Assembly: GCF_018977255.1 (NCBI RefSeq)
Contig: NW_024704743.1
Location: 11,162,001 to 11,226,000, forward strand
DNA from: Callorhinchus milii
Taxonomy: Eukaryota
Direction: 5' to 3'
Length of the DNA stretch: 64,000 bases
In this document: positions 61,101 to 64,000 of the stretch, piece by piece
Position numbering within the stretch: the stretch's first letter is position 1
Layout of the letters: each line of letters opens with the position of its first letter
The notes under the pieces: generated by a model
The model's input: the letters and a program-made list of their open reading frames with translations, nothing else
The model's database searches: none
Told to the model about the DNA's origin: nothing
Position numbers and translations under genes: made by a program

Positions 61101-64000
61101 AACTCTGAAGCTTGGGTCGACAGCTGCTGGAAGGTGTTACCTGGAGTTCAAGTTCGTGAACACACATTCGTAAATCCAGCAACTGGAATCCACCTTGATT
61201 GGCCTGCAGAGAGGTAAGCTGCTGCCTAAACACTGCACTTCCAACTGGTGGAACCAATGCACAATGGGCCTGAGCTGCGGACAGGAAGATGTTTGATTTC
61301 AAGATCCTCATCCTCACCTACAAGGCCATTCACGGCCTTGCTCCCTCCTACCTCTCCAACCTACTATCCCCCTACCTACCTGCCCGTACCCTCCGTTCCT
61401 CTGGCTCCGGTCTGCTCCACATCCCCCGCCCCAACCGCCCTACTATCGGTGGTCGGGCCTTCAGCCTCTCAGCCCCCAGGCTCTGGAACTCCATCCCCCA
61501 GTGCCTTCGCCTTGCTTCCTCCCTTTCCTCCTTCAAGGCCGGTCTCAAAACCTTTCTCTTTGACCGTGCCTTCAGCTCCCCTCTCGACTCTCTTCCTCCT
61601 CCTCGCTCCCTCCCTTCCCTCCCCTCACCCTGACCATTTCCCCCCTGCTCGGGTCATGACCCAACTGTGCAGCGCCTTGGGACGTCCTCCTGACGTGAAA
61701 GGCGCTCTATAAATGGAATCTTGTTGTTGTTGTTGTTGTTGATGTTGGCAATTCTCATACATTTCATCCTGAGCTATTTTGCCCACCAGGAAGCTCACAA
61801 GGAGTCCCTGGTACTTACCACACAAACTGGTGCTTGTCAGATTTCAAATGACTAATTATCATCCTTGGGTGGTGAGGAGGAGGGAGTGGGGGAGGTAAGC
61901 TGAACTGTCTCCAATGTGACATGCTGGAGTCCTGTAGCTCAGTGGTTAGAGCACTTGACTTGCAAGCGAGATACCTGGGTTCAATACCAGACAGGGCAAA
62001 ACCTTGGGCAAGTTTACAGGAAGAATATACTTAATCCACATGCCTAATAATAATCCCTCCAAAAAACAAAACAATAATAAATTGGTCATTTTCAATCCAC
62101 GACTGTTTGTGGGACACTGCTGTGCGCAATTGGCTGCCACGTTTTGCCCACAAATATACAGTCAATTCACTTGTATATTCTGTGAAGCGCTTTGAGACGT
62201 CTAGAAGACGTGAAAAGTGCTTTATCAAATGCAAGGATTATGATTTGTTATGCTTGGCAACAGAATGTGAAAATCAAGCCAGCCCTCCGTGGCGGTCTTG
62301 GTAGTCCAATTCCTGAGCCAGGTGGATCCGCAGTATTCCAGGACACTGCTAATGACAACACACTGACAGGATTTGGAAGGGCAGTCGTCCCACTCAGCTC
62401 CTGTTAACCCTGCAAACCAAAGCCCTATTGGGTAGGGTGATACTAGCTGGACAAGCAGTGGGAGAGCTTGCCGAACAGCAATGTCAATGGCAAGCTATGC
62501 AGTTTTAGCTGGTTAGACTCCAGCAGTTACCCCAATGCACATTCTGGCTTTGCCTCTTGCCAACCTGAGCTGAATATTTTCCAGAATTAGGTAAACAGGA
62601 TGAGTCCCTCCAGGGAATGTGCATTCTGTTCCAATAAATATCTCTGGAATTTCCATGTGTAGGTGGGATGCAAGGAATTCTCAGCTTGGTTTGGATATTC
62701 TTAAGCATGGTAATGTGTCAGACACCTGGCTGCCCCCTCCAAAAATACGTAACAAGACGTGGTCTACAATAAAACAGCCATGAGCTCAAATCTTTCTCTG
62801 TCCCTTTCATGGATCGGTGATTTAGTGGAAAGCTTTCCTCCAGCCCTTGTGTAAAATCCTGGACCAAGTACTAATGTGAATTTGCAGTGAAAAGGGTTTG
62901 GTGTTGATACCAAAGTTATATGATCCTCACTCTTAAAACAAGAGTTTGCTTCAGCTTTTTCCCTAAGCTTATCATAGAAGGCAGTTGGTATCCAGTAAGT
63001 TTGGCATTTGGCACAGGAATCTTCTCCCTCAACTCCCAACAGCCTTGCAACACAGTGACCTAATCGGTAGCGCCTGTTAGATGGACAATCAGCAGAAAGC
63101 TCACTGCGTGCCTCGTACTAGTGACTTGCTCAGTTTTACCTTTCAAGCTCTCTGGGACGTTACCTGTGTGAAGGGCGCTATGTAAATGCAAGTTGTTGTT
63201 CTTAAATTCCTGCAGTAGCCCATTGCAGACTTTGAGATCTATGATGGTTGGCATCTGCCACCTATGTTTTCCAGGAACAGGTGTGTGTGTTTGTGTGTGA
63301 GTGGGGCGAGGGGTGGAAAAGGAAGTGATTGCACCTTTCATATCTGGCAACTCTGCTTCTCTGCATTCCTGGCAGCTGGGACTTGAAACCCTTAAGCCTG
63401 AGAAACACGTTTCTGCATCCACACCCGGCTGACTGTTTTTAAGGTATACAAATTTCTTAGTAATGTTCTTGATTAACAGAATATTTTAAAATTTCCAAAT
63501 GTAGATAGATAGGAGCTGTACTAAAAAAAATATAACATGTGTTTGGTGCAGGTAAAAATTAATCTGAAATTCTTTTTCATGCAACTTACTCCACAATAGG
63601 GATCAGTACAGTTAATAACAGATATTCTTCCTGGAAAATGGCATTAAAAAAAAACTATGACATTTATTAATCTGTTGCACTTCATCAAGATTCATCATAT
63701 ATTTATATGGACAATGTTTTTAAGCAAAGCTGAAAGAAAATCTAAAAGCAGTTGTAGCTATGAATCATGCATGCAATGTGATTACATAAAGCATTAGGCA
63801 ACCATTTTTGCAATCATGCGTATGCATTTTTCATCTTAAAGTGTAACTGGGTTTAGCATCTGTAACAAATGAAATTGAAAGAGACAGGACTTACCTCCAC
63901 TATGACATTGAGAGCTGTATCACAACCAATGCACAAATCGGTGCCTGGCACATTATTACTTATGGTAACAGGCACCATACAGACTGGGATGCAAAACTCA
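45994..64000 (-). CDS. PFKP: ATP-dependent 6-phosphofructokinase, platelet type; last 7 coding exons, 5'-partial
   Basis: Spliced translation runs [21 protein letters not shown]...[30 protein letters not shown]...[14 protein letters not shown]...HRIPKEQWW...[21 protein letters not shown]...ETL*. The P isoform is assigned from the [17 protein letters not shown] and YDVSDxGxLEHV motifs and from adjacency to PITRM1. Confidence 0.95.
47099..47204 (-). CDS. PFKP: PFKP exon ([18 protein letters not shown]...ETDL)
   Basis: taacag / gtaagc, 106 nt. Confidence 0.94.
48257..48583 (+). mobile_element. tRNA(Ala)-derived SINE, young short variant
   Basis: Nearly identical to 9787-10115; inserted inside a short minus-strand L2 tail. 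Confidence 0.95.
48619..49803 (-). mobile_element. CR1-clade LINE, 5'-truncated
   Basis: [55 protein letters not shown]; (ATTCTATG)n tail. Confidence 0.95.
50705..50710 (-). CDS. PFKP: Candidate PFKP 6-nt microexon ATGAAG (adds Asp-Glu)
   Basis: Minus strand reads tattaac ttctctttgtcctgtcttgctttttttgccgacttcatgggactcgtag|ATGAAG|gtaatg; phase 1-1, frame-preserving. Confidence 0.55.
52490..53312 (+). mobile_element. 5'-truncated young L2 LINE
   Basis: Same family as the full-length copy; (TTG)n tail. Confidence 0.95.
54152..54251 (-). CDS. PFKP: PFKP exon ([14 protein letters not shown]...ENYRR)
   Basis: cctcag / gtaaca, 100 nt. Confidence 0.95.
54429..54540 (-). CDS. PFKP: PFKP exon ([12 protein letters not shown]...LGHMQQ)
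   Basis: ttgcag / gtaaaa, 112 nt. Confidence 0.96.
54986..55760 (-). mobile_element. L2 LINE, second subfamily, 5'-truncated
   Basis: Close match to 17660-18437, including the same shortened HSSSPSDLL segment. Confidence 0.92.
56843..56904 (-). CDS. PFKP: PFKP exon ([21 protein letters not shown])
   Basis: cttcag / gtgaga, 62 nt. Confidence 0.95.
59017..59404 (+). mobile_element. CR1 LINE 3' fragment
   Basis: Near-identical to the reverse complement of 48619-49005; ATTCTATGATTCTATG tail. Confidence 0.94.
60546..60710 (-). CDS. PFKP: PFKP exon ([11 protein letters not shown]...DIRELQ)
   Basis: tgttag / gtagat, 165 nt. Confidence 0.96.
61295..61741 (+). mobile_element. 3' fragment of young L2 LINE
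   Basis: [10 protein letters not shown]...APRLWNS, stem-loop, (TTG)n tail, GATGTT at both ends. Confidence 0.93.
61925..62242 (+). mobile_element. tRNA-derived SINE, short variant
   Basis: Same family. Confidence 0.92.
62310..62750 (+). repeat. Unclassified interspersed repeat, copy 2
   Basis: Shares CACTCAGCTCCTGTTAA, AGCTGGACAAGCAG, ACTCCAGCAGT, TCCCTCCAGGGA and CACCTGGCTG with 1020-1505. Confidence 0.75.
63895..64000 (-). CDS. PFKP: PFKP exon, truncated by window edge ([10 protein letters not shown]...ALNVIVE)
   Basis: SNNVPGTD motif, gtaagt donor. Confidence 0.95.

Noticed and set aside
1..64000. CRISPR arrays, operons, prokaryotic defence or retron systems
   Set aside because: Eukaryotic intron-exon DNA; all RT motifs belong to L2/CR1 LINEs and no repeat-spacer array is present.

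Overview
Vertebrate genomic DNA, probably a cartilaginous fish of the chimaera/elephant-shark type (inferred from the repeat families, not proven). Two genes converge tail-to-tail. On + are 23 coding exons of PITRM1 (mitochondrial presequence protease; 287-40589, 5' exons outside the window). On - are the last 7 coding exons of PFKP (platelet-type 6-phosphofructokinase; >64000 to 45994). I traced all 30 exons by hand: they have GT-AG boundaries and consistent phases. Introns are dense with L2-clade LINEs (one apparently full-length copy at 22.16-25.85 kb), CR1 LINEs, tRNA(Ala)-derived SINEs sharing the L2 3' stem-loop, older Deu-type SINEs, and two repeat families I cannot name. Most ORFs in the supplied track are repeat-derived or spurious. 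Best leads: (1) a 6-nt frame-preserving microexon candidate in PFKP with neural-microexon-like flanks; (2) the 5' end of the full-length L2, with a perfect 40-bp hairpin, promoter motifs, and a perfect-Kozak ATG separated from the EN-RT frame by one TGA; (3) fold-back or locally templated insertions at several L2 junctions; (4) SINE/L2 tail covariation; (5) inverted young repeats bracketing exons. I see no clearly novel protein-coding system.
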